NCBI GenBank assembly: GCA_951406725.2
Contig: OX597822.1
Span: 17,484,001-17,548,000 of the forward strand
Length of the DNA: 64,000 bases
DNA from: Octopus vulgaris
Lineage: Eukaryota
Reading direction: 5' to 3'
A model generated the notes under the pieces. It searched no databases, had not been told where the DNA came from, and worked only from the letters and a program-made list of their open reading frames with translations. This document shows, in pieces, positions 12,226 to 26,182 of this stretch (positions within the stretch are counted from its first letter, which is position 1; every line of letters starts with the position of its first letter). The position numbers and the translations under genes are program-made.

Positions 12226-15200
12226 TATTTATTTGCATTTAAAATTACCAGTATTTGAAATTTTTGTCAGTGTATGGCAATAAATAAAAACTGAAGCAAA
12301 ATTCCTATTTTAAAAAAGAGGTATCTAATCCTACCTACATCAACTGGAAGTATGCTAAGGATACTGCCATGATCAACTACATTTTATTTTATAGACTTGC
12401 AGAATTTCAAATATGGGTTTTTCATTGATTTTGGCTTTAATATTATGAATGATATGTGACTAACCTTGGATTAACCTCCTTAAAAAAAATTAAAAAAATT
12501 GTAAGCCACATATAGTGAAAATAAAATGCATCACATCAATAAAGTAAAATGTGGAAGGAAAACATTTTCAGAAAAAGAATGATGGCTTAAACCTATGATT
12601 TCATACACACAGCGTAGACAAAATTCTTGAACGTATGTTAGTGGCTTTGGAGGTAAAGTGGTGAACAAATAATATATTACAGAAGACAAGAAAAACACAG
12701 AATCCATAAAAACATTGCAAGCTTCTGAAATTAAATCAGTCAGTGAATTTAGTTACAACTGACTTTGAAAGGTGGACCTTATGTTTGTAAATCTTAGAAT
12801 TTATAAATATAAACCTGTAACCTGTTCCTGTGCAGAGTAGTGCTGTGGCAGTACAACTGTAAATGCAGGAAATGGAAAATGCTTATATTTTAGCTTGTCA
12901 ATGAAGTGTGCCAAGTATTTATTTTTATGTTACTTAATAACTTTGTTCAAGCTCAAATTAAGCAGAGAAGCTCAAAATTAGTCAATTAAACTGACCACAA
13001 CTCTTGCCTGATATTTCACTGTTTTTACAAGGATGAAAAGATGAGATTGGAGGAATTTTTCAAAATCAGAATTTGAAAGCAAGTTGAAAGCAATTATTCC
13101 TTATGTTTTGAAATGACAAAAAGGATGAATGGTAACTTAAAAATAGGCAACGTTATTGAGAAAGTGATAGTGAAAAACATTGATTGGTAATGATAGTTCT
13201 TTTAGAAATATCTAAATTAAGGATCTTAATGTTCTACTCAGCTGTGAAGCCAGAACCTTATTTATTTATTTGTACAACATGCCCAACTCTATTCCACTAT
13301 TCAAAGTCATTAAAATTATTTCTCTAATGACTCTATTGTCTGTAAAATATACTTAATTTATAATTTATAAACAGTCAACACTGATGAAAGACTAGAAAGA
13401 TGACTGTTGAAATGGACATATAATGTGTCAGGAGAACAAGCTAAAGGAAACTGGAAGAGGAAGACAAAGGGAGATGGCAAAACAATACAAAATTAGTGCA
13501 TCACTCTGTTGGAAAGTGTTTATCCAATGCATGCAAGGTTAGATAAACAACTGTAAAAATGATGATAGTGGTGAAATGAAAATGATAACCACAACAGTAG
13601 CAATGTTGACAACAACAACAATGATGATGAAGACAACGACGATGGTGAAATGCATAAAAGTGCAGTGGCTGAAAGTTTTAACTAGCTTGAAACAACATTG
13701 TCTTCATTTGCTTTAAGTAGCTATATCTCTCTGATCATTTGTCCCAAAAACAAGTAGTCTGCAAGATTCCTAAGTTTATTCTCTCAAATTCAAATAAATC
13801 ATATTTTGTAGGTGCATACCCTTTTAAAACCAGATTTTTAACATAAATAAAAATTGTTTCTATGTATCTCAATTGGTGTTATTGATTCAAGTCACAATAA
13901 GATTTCCTTAGATGTTGATTTAAATATAAATAGAGACATTGGTACTGGAATGGCTAAAACACTCATATCGTCAACTATTTTTCTACAGATATTCTATGTT
14001 CTAACACAATTTTCAAGGAAAGGTGTAGGTGATTGAATTAACTCAGTTACTTGACTAGTACTTAATTTTATCAAAACCAAAGATTCTAAAGCAAAGCTGA
14101 CTTTACGAGGATTAAAAGTGAGAAGCATAACTAAATGCTGTAACATATTTTGATTGGTATTAAAACTGATGGCACTATTGCAATGCTATCTGATGAATGA
14201 ATTTATTTTTAATAGGAACCATTAACCTAATGAAGGAGTAATTGAGATCTATATAAATACTTTAATTGCACAATAAACAATCTGCACAATTTAACAATCT
14301 GGTGGCTATCCATGTTATATGTAATGATCCACTTCCATATTCAGTATTATTATCATCATGGAGGAGGATTAAAGGTGTAAGAAGATAATTCCATGAATAA
14401 GATTAGGATATCAGCTAAATTAAATAAGATCAGCTAAATTTTGAATCATTACCAAAATATAAAAAGTAAAGATAAGTCAGAAAATCAATCCATAAATAAA
14501 AGTGTCTTAAATGCAAAGCTGAAACCTAAAGATTTATCAAAAATCTTGACAGAGGAAAAGCACAAAGAAACATCAATACACTTCAAAATTACAGTAATGT
14601 AGTATGCAGATTTGAGTATCATAAAAAAATTCAAGCTACTCATGACACTTTCAATTATATAAAGAGAGGAAACCATTAATATATAAAGAAGGTAGAAATG
14701 ATAAATTCCAAATATAATTTCTGTAATAAACATGAAGTGTAATTACTGTATTTTCTATATGTAAATAAAAATATAGACCCTGAGAGCATTTAGAAAAGTT
14801 TCTAGCTAGTATTAACACACACATAATTCTGTAAAATTAAATTAGACAATATTAAGTAGAATAATGTTAATTTTAGATAATTAGAGAAACACATTATTGA
14901 AAATTGAAGTGATAAACCAATAATAATAGTCACAATTTTTGTCACAGATTTAAAAATTAATTAAGACTACAACAATATTTTTTTCTCATTATGTGTGAAA
15001 TTTATTGATAAGAATTATCTGATTAAAACCTTGTCAGGTAAAAATCATGAAAAAAAAAACCCATTTTTCAAAATGAATTATTTTTTGGCTGAAAACTGAT
15101 ATTTCAGAGAAAAAAGAAAATGTGAAAATACTCAAATGTTCTAGTTCTTCTGGATTTAAATAAAACAAAAAAGTTATTATCTTGAAGTAATTCTTATTCA

Positions 15201-15339
15201 TAAATCTTTGCTACAAAATTAATTTTGTAGATTTTATTAAATTCATATGATATTATAAGATTTACAACTTTAAACAATATATTTATAAAATGAATCCTCT
15301 CTGACATTCATCATCAGCTTCACCACCATCACCACCACC

Positions 15340-15570
15340 ACTGCTGCTGCTTCCACAACCAGCATTATGGCATTTACCTTTTATAGGTCAGATGAAATTT
15401 CTTGAGACAGATTTTCTATGGCTAGGTGCTCTTCCTGTCACCAACCCTCATCTGTTTCACAGCAAGGAAATATTTTCACATGCCCAGACATATTTTACAA
15501 AGACTGGAAACAAAGAACAACACTTGTGTAACTGACATTCACTTACAACCATCACATGATGTTAAGGTAA
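15340..15570 (-). mobile_element. Diverged SINE 3' half with RTE-type tail
   Basis: Reverse complement of the 61140-61355 repeat (AGATTTTCTATGGCT..TGCTCTTCCTGTCACCAACCCT); similar to 48990-49220. Confidence 0.6.
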
Positions 15571-15594
15571 GGGTACACACAAACACACAAATGT

Positions 15595-15906
15595 ATAAGT
15601 AACAAAGATGTACAGATGTCAATTCATTATGACTGTATCAAACGGTTCTCTTTAATTGATTAATGAAAATGTTACATCAATTTGAAAGAAACTGTTGTCA
15701 GATGAACACATAGACTTCAAACATAGAGGATAAACCATTTTTTGACAAATAGTTAAAAAATGGTTTATCCTTTATGTTTGAAGTCTATGCGTTCATCTGA
15801 CGAGAAGGGTTTCTTACATATTGATGTAATGTTTTCATTAATCAGTTAAATGGAGCCACTTAAAATGACTGTAATGAACAGACACTTGTACACCTTTGTT
15901 ACTTAT
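15595..15906. repeat. ~310-bp fold-back inverted repeat (hairpin MITE-like element)
   Basis: Arms start ATAAGTAACAAAGATGTACA and end TGTACACCTTTGTTACTTAT. The inner arms GTCAGATGAACACATAGACTTCAAACATAGAGGATAAACCATTTTTT and AAAAAATGGTTTATCCTTTATGTTTGAAGTCTATGCGTTCATCTGAC pair almost perfectly around a ~5-11-nt loop near 15750. Confidence 0.92.
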
Positions 15907-16293
15907 TTATATTCTGTTGACCTAACTTGGAATCTGCACTTTGGAAATACTATAGAAAGTACCTTTATAAAAAGTACAGGTCTGAATTACCAAGAGCAGA
16001 TATCTTCACTTAGCTGGGTCATGTTGTCTACACACACAACAAGAATATTGGGTGCACAGAGCCTTGATATCCAATATTCAAATAATATAGCTGGGGGGTG
16101 CAGATTATACCTAACTAGCAAGATGCCTCAATTTAAGTACCTAATTCAACTGAATCTTAATTATACATACATACATATAATGTATGTATGCATATATATG
16201 AAAGAAGAGTGGCATATTCTAGTCACAGATATATTTGTGGATAATTTTTAAATATCTAGAATATATCCTGCATAATGTATTTTTACATTCATT

Positions 16294-16329
<36 letters not shown>

Positions 16330-16353
16330 ATATGTATATATGTATATATATCT

Positions 16354-16392
<39 letters not shown>

Positions 16393-16404
16393 GAGAGCTC
16401 TTCT

Positions 16405-16738
16405 AGGTGCATGGCTCAGTGGTTAGAGCGTCGAGCTTATGATCATGAGGTTGTGAGCTCAAATCCCAGACCAGGTTGTGCATTGTGTTCTTGAGCAAGA
16501 CACTTTATTTCACGTTGCTCCAGTTCACTCAGCTGTAGAAATGAGTTGCAACGTCACAGGTGCCAAGCTGTATTGGCCTTTGCCTTTTCCTTGGATAACA
16601 CTGGTGGCATGGCGAGGGGAGGCTGGTATGCATGGGTGACTGCTGGTCTTCCATAAACAACCTTGCCCAGACTTGTGCCTGGGAAGGTAACTTTCTAGGT
16701 GCAATCCCATGGTCTCTGTCGTGACCGAAGGGGGTCTC
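16405..16738 (+). mobile_element. tRNA-derived SINE, family C
   Basis: TGGCTCAGTGGTTAGAGC (A box) and GAGCTCAAATCCC (B box), then TTCTTGAGCAAGACACTTTATTTCAC...CAGCTGTAGAAATG. A minus-strand fragment of the same body lies at ~22358-22500. Confidence 0.85.
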
Positions 16739-16764
16739 AGATACACACACACACACACACATAT

Positions 16765-16900
16765 ATGACAGGTTTCTTTCAGTTTTCATCTACTAAATCT
16801 ACTCATAACATTTTGGTAAGACTGAGCTGTAGTAGAAGACACTTCCCCAAGTTTCCACACAAAGTGACCGAACGGGAGACCACATGGTTTGGATCAGCGT
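16765..16900 (-). mobile_element. Diverged family-A SINE head
   Basis: TTCTTTCAGTTTTCATCTACTAAATCTACTCA...TAGTAGAAGACACTTCCCCAAG matches 1432-1515. Confidence 0.65.
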
Positions 16901-19278
16901 GAGTTGATATAAAGCAAAACAACAGGAGTTTAGGATAAAGCCTAAATAATGATGAAAATAGTTGCATAAGTACTTGATACTTTCATATATGAGACATGTT
17001 TAATGTTAAAGCATTTTCTAAACTAGAAAGGGTCAAGAAAATTTATGCTACAGTTTAATAACTAATTTGGCCAACATACATTTAGCTCTTAATTCTTCTT
17101 TGGTTGCAAGTCAGAATTGATGAAACAGACCTATGATTAATGATGTTCCACCCATAAACTTCCCTTCTCATCCCCCAAATTTAAGGCCTATATTATGCAA
17201 AATCCACTACTGCTTCTTTAAGATAGTAGGGTGTGATTGGAAGGTGAGTCAATTGTTATTTGTAGTAGATCAGGAAACCATGAAGAGACTTTCTTCTGGG
17301 CTCTCACTGGATTGGGTAGTGGGGACACTCACAATTAAACAACTTTAAACAATTGCAAGAGAAACTTCAGTCCCCTTTGGAATCTTTTTTACTTAAATTT
17401 TGTACAATATACAATAGATTTTAGTTCATATTGTTGCAATAGTTTTTATTTGAGAATAAAAATAAATTAGTAAGGACTTTCATGATACCAATTTTCTTAG
17501 TTCTTCAAATCTATTTGACTTGTTTAATGATACTCTACTGACTCCAGCTAATGGACTGTAGTCATGTGCGGGCATATTAAAATACATGTTTTTCTTACAA
17601 GCATTTAAATACAACATACTTTTAAGGTTTCAAAAATCTTAACATTATTAAACCAAATTTAGGAATACTTTTAAGCTGTTTAGAACTGAATCAGAACTTT
17701 CTAGATAGAGTTCCATTTGAAGTCATGCAAAAAGTCAAAATAAATAATTAATATTTCTTTAATCATATTTAATATTTCTGCCATTGATTCAGCAAAGTGC
17801 CTATATCTGTTTGCCTAACTATAATAACAACATCCAATGTCAATGGATTTTGATGCTTTCAAAGATAAGCAAAGACTGTGTTCAAAAGACAAATCTAGAT
17901 GCAATTTTTCATCAGGTTCTTGTTTAGTGATGGTGAAAGTTTTCAAAGGAAACTATCTCTTGCATATGTATGCAATGTTTATCATTTCTGTCTTTTCAGT
18001 GATAAGGATAAATTTTTCAGTGATAAGGATAAATTTGTTAGCAGTAAATATGAATTGAATGGGTTAATACAAAATAAAATCGCAGTATAAAGCATTAGCT
18101 AGTCTCTGTGGACAATGATCTGATTCTTTAGAACAAAGAAGGACACAATCAATAACATAGATCTACAAGCAGATAGAGCTTTTGGAATGATAATTGACAG
18201 TTGCTGGAAACAGTTTGCAAAGCTTTATTATTGTTTGACTGATTTAGAGCATAAATTCAATCTGAGTTATATAAGGGATTAGAATTTTCATCAATTCAGC
18301 AATTTTTTTCAAATACCTCATGTTCAAATAAAATGTTTTATCTACTGGATAAGTGATTTAAGAGAATTACCTAAACTTATTTTTGTTCATGGTGTTGTCT
18401 TCAAAGGTGAAAGATTCATTTAAATGAGAGTGAGAGAGGGAGAGAGAGAGACTGACTTTTTAAATAAGTGTCAATTTTATGGCAATTAGATGTGAAAGCA
18501 ATAAATCTATTTAATCCTGCATTTAATGTTTGTTTTCCACACAAAGAGTAAATTATTTCTCTTTCTAATAATACCTTAAACAGTGAGTGTGTTAGCTTTC
18601 CTTTTATTTTATATTTTCATATAGTTTAGTGACAGAGAAGTAGTCTTTGGTGTCCATGGCTTTTGCAGATCCCTCAACAGTGATGAAATTGATGAAATTG
18701 ATACAGTTAAATACTCAGTTTGAACACCTGTAAATCAGAATCTGAAGAAATAATGTGAAAGGAAGGTAATTCTACAGGAATACCATGTTGGAGAGAATGG
18801 CATGGGCAGCACATAGAGAGGATACAGTATAACATGAGAGGAGTGAAAAGTGTGTGTTGCATGGACCTAGATGGAGTAAATATGTAACTAGCTTCTTCCC
18901 TTGAATAGAGGTCAATGAGAGTTATAGAACAGGAAAATGAAGAGATAGAGTATCTGTGAGTAGTGTTTTGGTGTTTCAGAGAAAGAGAGAATGAGAGAGA
19001 GAGATAAAAATGTGAATGTGTGCACATAGGTTGTAAATCAAAATCAGAAATGCATCTAGCTCATGCCAGCATGAGAAAGATCTCAACAGATGATGATGAT
19101 GATGATGATACTTAGTTTCTTTACCACAAAGAGACATACTCAGTTGTCTTCAATATTGACATTACACTGATGAAAAAACAAGTGAAACCCAGCAAAATTT
19201 GAACTTAAAATAGTGATGAAATTTATAGCACTCAGCTATTCTACTAAAAAAGAACAGTCAAATCTCTTTTAAATCACA

Positions 19279-19352
<74 letters not shown>

Positions 19353-22300
19353 ACACATTGGATAATGTACTTCTAGATACATTTAAATGTCTAAAAAGAG
19401 ATGTGATTGTCAGAGTTGGAATGCCTTTGATCATAAGTTTACATGATAAAGCCTGATGACTCTTAGATGAGCTAACACAGGAACCTCTACAAGGTCATTG
19501 GGCATGCTAGGAATGTCATCTAGATCTCCCTCAAGTCACAAAGGAAGGATACTTTGGATAATAATAGTGCTGGATAGCACTATGTTTATGATAAAGTGCA
19601 GTATGGTCAAAAGTAAAACAGATTGACCTGGGGTTAAATAGTATTAAGAAACAGTTACTCTTGGAAACAGAAATATAGAAAATATTATTTTTAAATCATT
19701 GTCTACAGAAACCTGTATTTATACGTCTTTAAGCAAAAATTTTACATTGTAAGAAGTTTCGATGAATAAATGTCAGAAATACTGAAAGCAAAAGTTTGAA
19801 ATTACAGTGGAATAGCAATATGCATTCCTAAGAACAAGGTTCTTTTATGTAATAAAAGAAAAGAAATATAAAATTGAAAAAGTCATAAATATTTTGAAAA
19901 ATTATAAAACTAAGCATAAAATGGTTATATTTCCAGACTGACTTCTTTATGATTTTCAGAAAGAAACTTTGGTAGAACAATGAAACACAACGACCAAATA
20001 AAAGGGGTAAATATGTACAAATACCCACTTATGCTCATATACAATGTAAAATATTTCATTGAAAGTGTTTCGCCATTCTATACTTAAATTTGGAATTTTG
20101 AAAGAAATTTTATTTTAAATTGACTGAAACATTTCCATTAGCAAATAGGATCAATTCTTTTGTCTAATGGAATCAATACATTTAGTTTGTTTAAAATCTG
20201 AAAATATAAAAAGATTAGATATAACCTTATTATTAATAATGTGCAAGTGTTCACACTTGTTAACTTATGAATATATGTTTCAATTCCATATGAAAGGGGT
20301 CAAGAATTTGATACTGAGAGAGCAATCATTATATTAAGATATATGACCAATGAAGAAAGCATTCAAGATCACAGATGTTTCCTCACACATCGAAACAAGT
20401 TATACACCTGCAAAACATGTTAATGTTATTGATTTACAATCTAAGTATCGACATATTCAAGTGTCAGTATATTTTAAGCAATTTAAACTTGCAGATTTTA
20501 TTAATCTGTATACACCAAATATATAAGAGAGCATATTATTAATGAAAGTGATTGGGGTTTAACTTCATTTTTATATATGACTTTAGTCAATACAATTTAG
20601 AAATAAACAAGACAAGAAAATAATGAGGAGAAAATGGATATAAGTTTATCATTTATATGCACTGCAATTTTGGAAATAAAATGTTTCACAAAAAGATATT
20701 TTTAAAAATATCATTATTACAATTAAAGACTGCAACATTATAAAAAAAAAGAAACTTTAAATTTAGAAACTATGCATGAAATAAAAATTAAAAAAATATT
20801 CTATTTGATTTTAATTAAGAGAAGAACTGTCATTAATTAACTCTACAATGTCTATTGTTAATAGTTATTCTGTTATTATTTTGAATTTTTGGTATTTAAT
20901 TTATATTTCGATCCTGTATGTGTGCTATTTTTTTATATATATATTTTTCATTTCAGACATGTATACTCCCTACCTTTAAATAAGCAGTAAAATGCCAAGA
21001 AATAAATTTTTGCTGCATCTTGATAATTTAGGTGATATAGGGTTAAAAGAATTACAAGAACAAAGTTACATGAACCGAGAAAAGCAAATCATTCTCATCT
21101 TAATCATTTAGGATCAATACAAAGAAATTAATAAATAAATAAAGCTCATAAAGTTTATGAGTTTGTTGATGATCATTTATTTTTTTGCTTATATAAACTA
21201 TGAAATTTCTCACATAGAACTGGTTTGTATTTATTAAAATAAACGAGCAAATCTAAGGAGTTTCAATCACTTGGTATTCAACACATCTTGTCTTATTAAC
21301 AATTATTCTACATATACAAAACATTTTGTCAGCAATTTTATAATTCCTTAATGTTCAATGATGTAAAAGCCTTATGCTGTTAATCTTTTACAGACATATT
21401 GGACTATTACATTTCTTCAAGTTTTATATCACCAAAGAGCATTTCTTATTAGTAAAAGAATAAAACTAATTATAGAATATAAAAGGCATAAAAGCAAGGA
21501 ACAAATTTAAGATTTAAAATTGGGAAAGCATAAGAAAGTTGGAAGAGGTAAAAATGAAAAAAATAAAATAGCATCAAGAATAGAAAAATAAAAGTTGAGT
21601 GAGCATAAATATTCATATTTATGCTTCAGAGAGTAACCCAGTGAGCAGAATCTAAATTACAAAGGACAGCCCGTTTCTAATTCTAATTTTTCAAATCAAT
21701 ATTTACATACAGAAATGTAAAATGTATATATATTTTTTTCTTTTCTCTTTGAATAATAATAACAAAAAGTAAGAAAAACAATTTTTATTTCCAAAATAAA
21801 CAAAAAATTATTTCTTGTTCAAAATGGAAAAGAAATATTGAATATATTTGCCCATCCACTTGTAAATATTTTAAGATAAGGAAAAAGAATTTAAAATTAA
21901 ATAGGTAAATAAAATCACAACTAAACTGAATTTTATTAAAACTATATCCTCCGAAGATTGTACGAGAGTAAAAAAAATCATTTTGAATTTTCTATTAATA
22001 TCAAAGATTTTATCATTTGTTTTTTTTTTTGTTTTTTTGTTTTTTTTCCTGAGACTTATAAAATAGTACAGCTGAATTTGGCCACCTTTGTTTTATATTA
22101 TTTTTCAATCAAAGTGTTTATAAAATGGAAAGATATGTGAAGTGCAAAAATGCACCCAATACTTAAAATAATTTCTGAACAGCTTTAATTTCCCTTATTT
22201 TATGCAATACATTTGTAAAAATGAATATAATATGCTAAAAAGTTCATGTTTGCAATCATTCTCTCCTTTTCACTTATATCAAAAGATTCATATCAAAGTC

Positions 22301-23678
22301 AAAATAGCATCTATGTGAGGCCTATGCCAATCAACTTTGATCATTTTCTGCATCATATGTGCAGGTCTGGATGAGGTTTTTGTGGAAGAATGGTAGTTGC
22401 CTTTGTGTAGGCAAGTCTCTACTCATCATGCCACCAATGTTATCCAAAGAAAATATTGCCAATCTAGGGCCAACACAGCTTGGCACCAGTGCTGTTGTCA
22501 AAATAGCATAAACATAAAAAAATTTTACTAATCATTTTATTCATTGGAAACTGCAAAATACAGGATTTCAATCAGGAATCTTTATTACTAAACTAGTGTA
22601 GTGATATTCTTAACCCTTATTTGAATCAATTGAAACATAGTCTAGCTATGGATATTGTATGTGTTTACTCTAAAAGATAATATACAGAAAATCATGATAT
22701 TTGTAGAATTTTCAAATTAAAAACTAATATACACATACAAAACAATTTGAAAGTCAGTATGTAGAATTAGTGTAAATATAATAACAAGTAATCAGAGTAA
22801 TCAGGTCAGTTTTAGGATAGGTGAAATGAAACCACATTAAAAAGAACTTGAATTTTTAAAGTAATGATCAATTTTACATATCAGTGTAGACAAAAGATAA
22901 TAATAATGTGATAAGAGCAAACTTATCAAATCCTTATAAGGGTTAAGAGAACAATAAGAGAGTAGCCTGTTTATAAGACACTTTAAGATATCAAGAAAAT
23001 ATAACACCAACGGAAATGTTAAAATATTAAAACAATGATCCAATACAATTGTTACTTTTGCTCAATGCAAAAAAATCACAACCAATGATCAGAAATACAC
23101 CTCACTCAAAAAATTACACCTGATGAGCATAGGAACACTGAACTATTGCAGAATCAGCTTTACACTATTGGCAATGTTAAGAGAATTTGAACAACATACA
23201 GCTTATCATGCAAAATTTATATTTTTGCTCTAACAAAATTTGATTTAGACTACACATCTCAACAATGCACTTCTGCTCTATAGACTGTTGAAGATAGCAA
23301 GCAGAATATCCTTAAGGCTGTCTTTGATTCCTATCAACTCCAGGCATCTCTGTAGCAGTGCTGAAAATTACATATGTAAATGACATTTCTAAATAATTAA
23401 ACAATACATATCTCCAAATAAGTGTAAAAATACCAGTGCACTAAGTTCTCTTTCCAGTGAAGAAGCCAATAAAATACTTTGAAATATTTGTTAGGTTTCT
23501 CTCATATGCAGCAGCATACTAATGTGTTGCTGTTATTGACTTCAGAAGAATATATGTGTAACAATAAAATGTAACAAAACTAGAATTTGTATGCAGATAA
23601 CAAATCCCATTTAGCACAACTGCCAAAAAAAAAAACAAAAAAAAAAAACAGTAAGTTGCTTGCAAGGCACGCACGCAC

Positions 23679-23721
<43 letters not shown>

Positions 23722-23732
23722 TATGTATATGT

Positions 23733-23970
23733 GGAGGCACATGACATAGTGGCTAGGATGTTGCACTCCTGATCGTATGATTGTGGTTTTGATTCCTGGA
23801 CTGTCACTGCATTGAATTCTCAAGCAAAAAACCTCATTTCACACTGGCCAAGTCCACTCCTCTGGAAAAAATGAATAATCATGTGACAGACCAGCATCCC
23901 ATCCAGGGTTAAATATACACGCCACAAAATTCAGGAAATTGGCACTATTAGCCTATGGCTCATGGAGGAC
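23733..23970 (+). mobile_element. Diverged tRNA-derived SINE (family-C-like head)
   Basis: GGAGGCACATGACATAGTGGCTAGG, GGTTTTGATTCC and TTCTCAAGCAAAAAACCTCATTTCAC resemble 16405-16540. Confidence 0.55.
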
Positions 23971-24751
23971 CATTTGTTGTTTGATGTATGTATTTGTATT
24001 TATATATGCATCATATCATCATCATCACTATCATGTTTCAGCATCTATTTACCCATGCTTACATGAGTCACACAAGAAATATAATGTGCCAAAGTTGTCT
24101 ATTGCTAGATGCCCTTCTTGTCACCAACCCCCATTTCTTTCCAAGTGAGCTAATAATCTCCTATTGTATATATATGTATATTAATATGTGCAGTAAGTGT
24201 ATGTGTCTAGCTACCGATACATACATTTATATGTAAGTACATACATAAATGTACACACATATATATATATATACAATTATGTGTGTGTGTGTGTGTGTGT
24301 GTATCCAGAAATACATATACATATATATATGCATTTATGGATATGTGTGCATGTATTTAACATGTGCATACAAATACAGGCAGGCATAGACACACACATA
24401 CATCTAGTGTAATGAACAGCAAAACCCTGGACATATTTATATGGAGAACTGGAAATAAAAACACCATATGAATGAGCTTTTGTTTATAAAGAAGGTGCAA
24501 CATGTGAAGGTATGTCAAGACGTCCATACATGCTGACATTGTGCACTAAAAATAAGTGATAGCAGTAATGAAGGCCTTGTTTACAATAAGTGAAAAAATA
24601 TACATGTAGAGACAAACACTTGCACAAACACCACACACTGACACAAAATGCACACACACACACACACTCACAAACAAACATCTATGCCTGCACATATGTA
24701 TCTATAGAGAACTTGTAAAATGATGATAATGATGATGATGATATACACTTA

Positions 24752-25546
24752 TCTCTCTCTATATAAACGGCAGTTTGTCTGTCTGTGTGTCTGTCTGTCA
24801 GGTTGTACCCTCACCCTGACCACGGCTTTCAACCGATTCTGATAAAACTTGACACACACACATAGCCCAATGTCATAATTCAAAACTAACGCAGCGAAAA
24901 TTTTGAAAAGTTTCCCCAGTTCTGAAAAAAATTGATAAATTCGACATGGGCTCGAGAATCTAAGCCTTTTATATGCAACACATTTTCTGTTGTAGTTTTC
25001 ACAAGTTGCAATCGATTTTCACCAAACTCATGGTGAAGCTTAATGTTACCCTAAGAAACTTAATTCTGACGTTAGTGTTTCATGCAATACCTTACCATCA
25101 GAAAAAATCGATAAAATCATGCCATTTTGGGAAATCGCATTCAAATTCAAGATGACATATTTTCGACAATATCTTTCACAAATTGGCAGGAATTTTTTTT
25201 TAAATTCACAGCGAGCATCATATCTGCTCCAAGGAGCTATATGGCCCTTTTTATTCCAATAGGATACTTTATTACTGGAAAAAAATCAATTAATTAAATC
25301 ATATGTGACACACATAGCAAACCGATTTGTGTATTAAACACAAACCACAGACTGTCTAAGGGACGCAACTCGACCTTTTTATCGCCCAGCTAGGAACATC
25401 GTATACACAGAAGTATTCGAGTGAAGAGAAGACATTGCAACCTACACATGCACCTTCGTTCCCTAGAGGGAAAGGACTAGATTGGGATTAGTCGTTGCCT
25501 ACTAGGGGCTCTTACATACCCGGGCAACGCCGGGCTATGCTGCTAG
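24752..25546 (+). mobile_element. Complete non-autonomous Helitron
   Basis: 5' A|TC start, (TGTC)n tract, 3' GC hairpin CCCGGGCAACGCCGGG (25519-25534), then CTAG|T (25543-25546); no TSD. These are canonical Helitron termini. Confidence 0.9.
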
Positions 25547-25874
25547 TGCATAAATAAATACATATAGTGTTTTAAATAATTTTACTCGAAACACATATTT
25601 TCACCTCTAACCCACTAAATGATTTAATCTAGAAATAACAAAAGATAGATGCAACCTATCAGGAGAGCCTCAATAGTTCTGGGTGCAGTAACCCAGCTGA
25701 AATGTTTTCTCTCTCCTGCTGTAAGTGGAAAGTTATATTTAGAGTAAGACTAAATAAACATTTTCATGCACAATTCATATGCTCCATAGTAATCTCATCT
25801 CACTCTATTTTATAAGCATACACATACATGTATACACACAAACACATATATTTATGTAAATGGACCCTCTTTTC

Positions 25875-26182
25875 AGTTTCAGTGAGGAAAATTCCAGTTG
25901 GTCAATCAACTGAGCAACCAACTCATAGAATTATAGAGTAACTGTTCAGTATTCCTCAGACACTTGTGCCTTTGATATAAATCATGGGCAGAATCAGCAA
26001 GAAACAGTTTGTAACCAGGCCATCCCGCTGAATTACTGAGATAACCAATGTTGAGAGACAGTTTCTCATAGATCAATCGAAGATTGAGGTAAAAGACACT
26101 TATCCAACCTGCTATGTAGTGGGATTGAACTTGGGGCCTCATAGTTATACAGTAAACTCCTTAGCCACTAAGCCGTGCCTGA
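25875..26182 (-). mobile_element. Diverged tRNA-derived SINE
   Basis: Minus strand CAGGCACGGCTTAGTGGCTAAG...AAGTTCAATCCCAC...GGATAAGTGTCTT is a family-A-like head on a different body. Confidence 0.6.

Noticed and set aside
16405-16480. tRNA gene candidates (also the SINE heads at 37039 and 62022)
   Set aside because: A/B boxes are present but there is no complete cloverleaf, and they run into SINE bodies.
17993-18036. 21-bp tandem duplication (TTTTCAGTGATAAGGATAAAT x2)
   Set aside because: Simple local slippage; only two units and no spacers, so not CRISPR-like.
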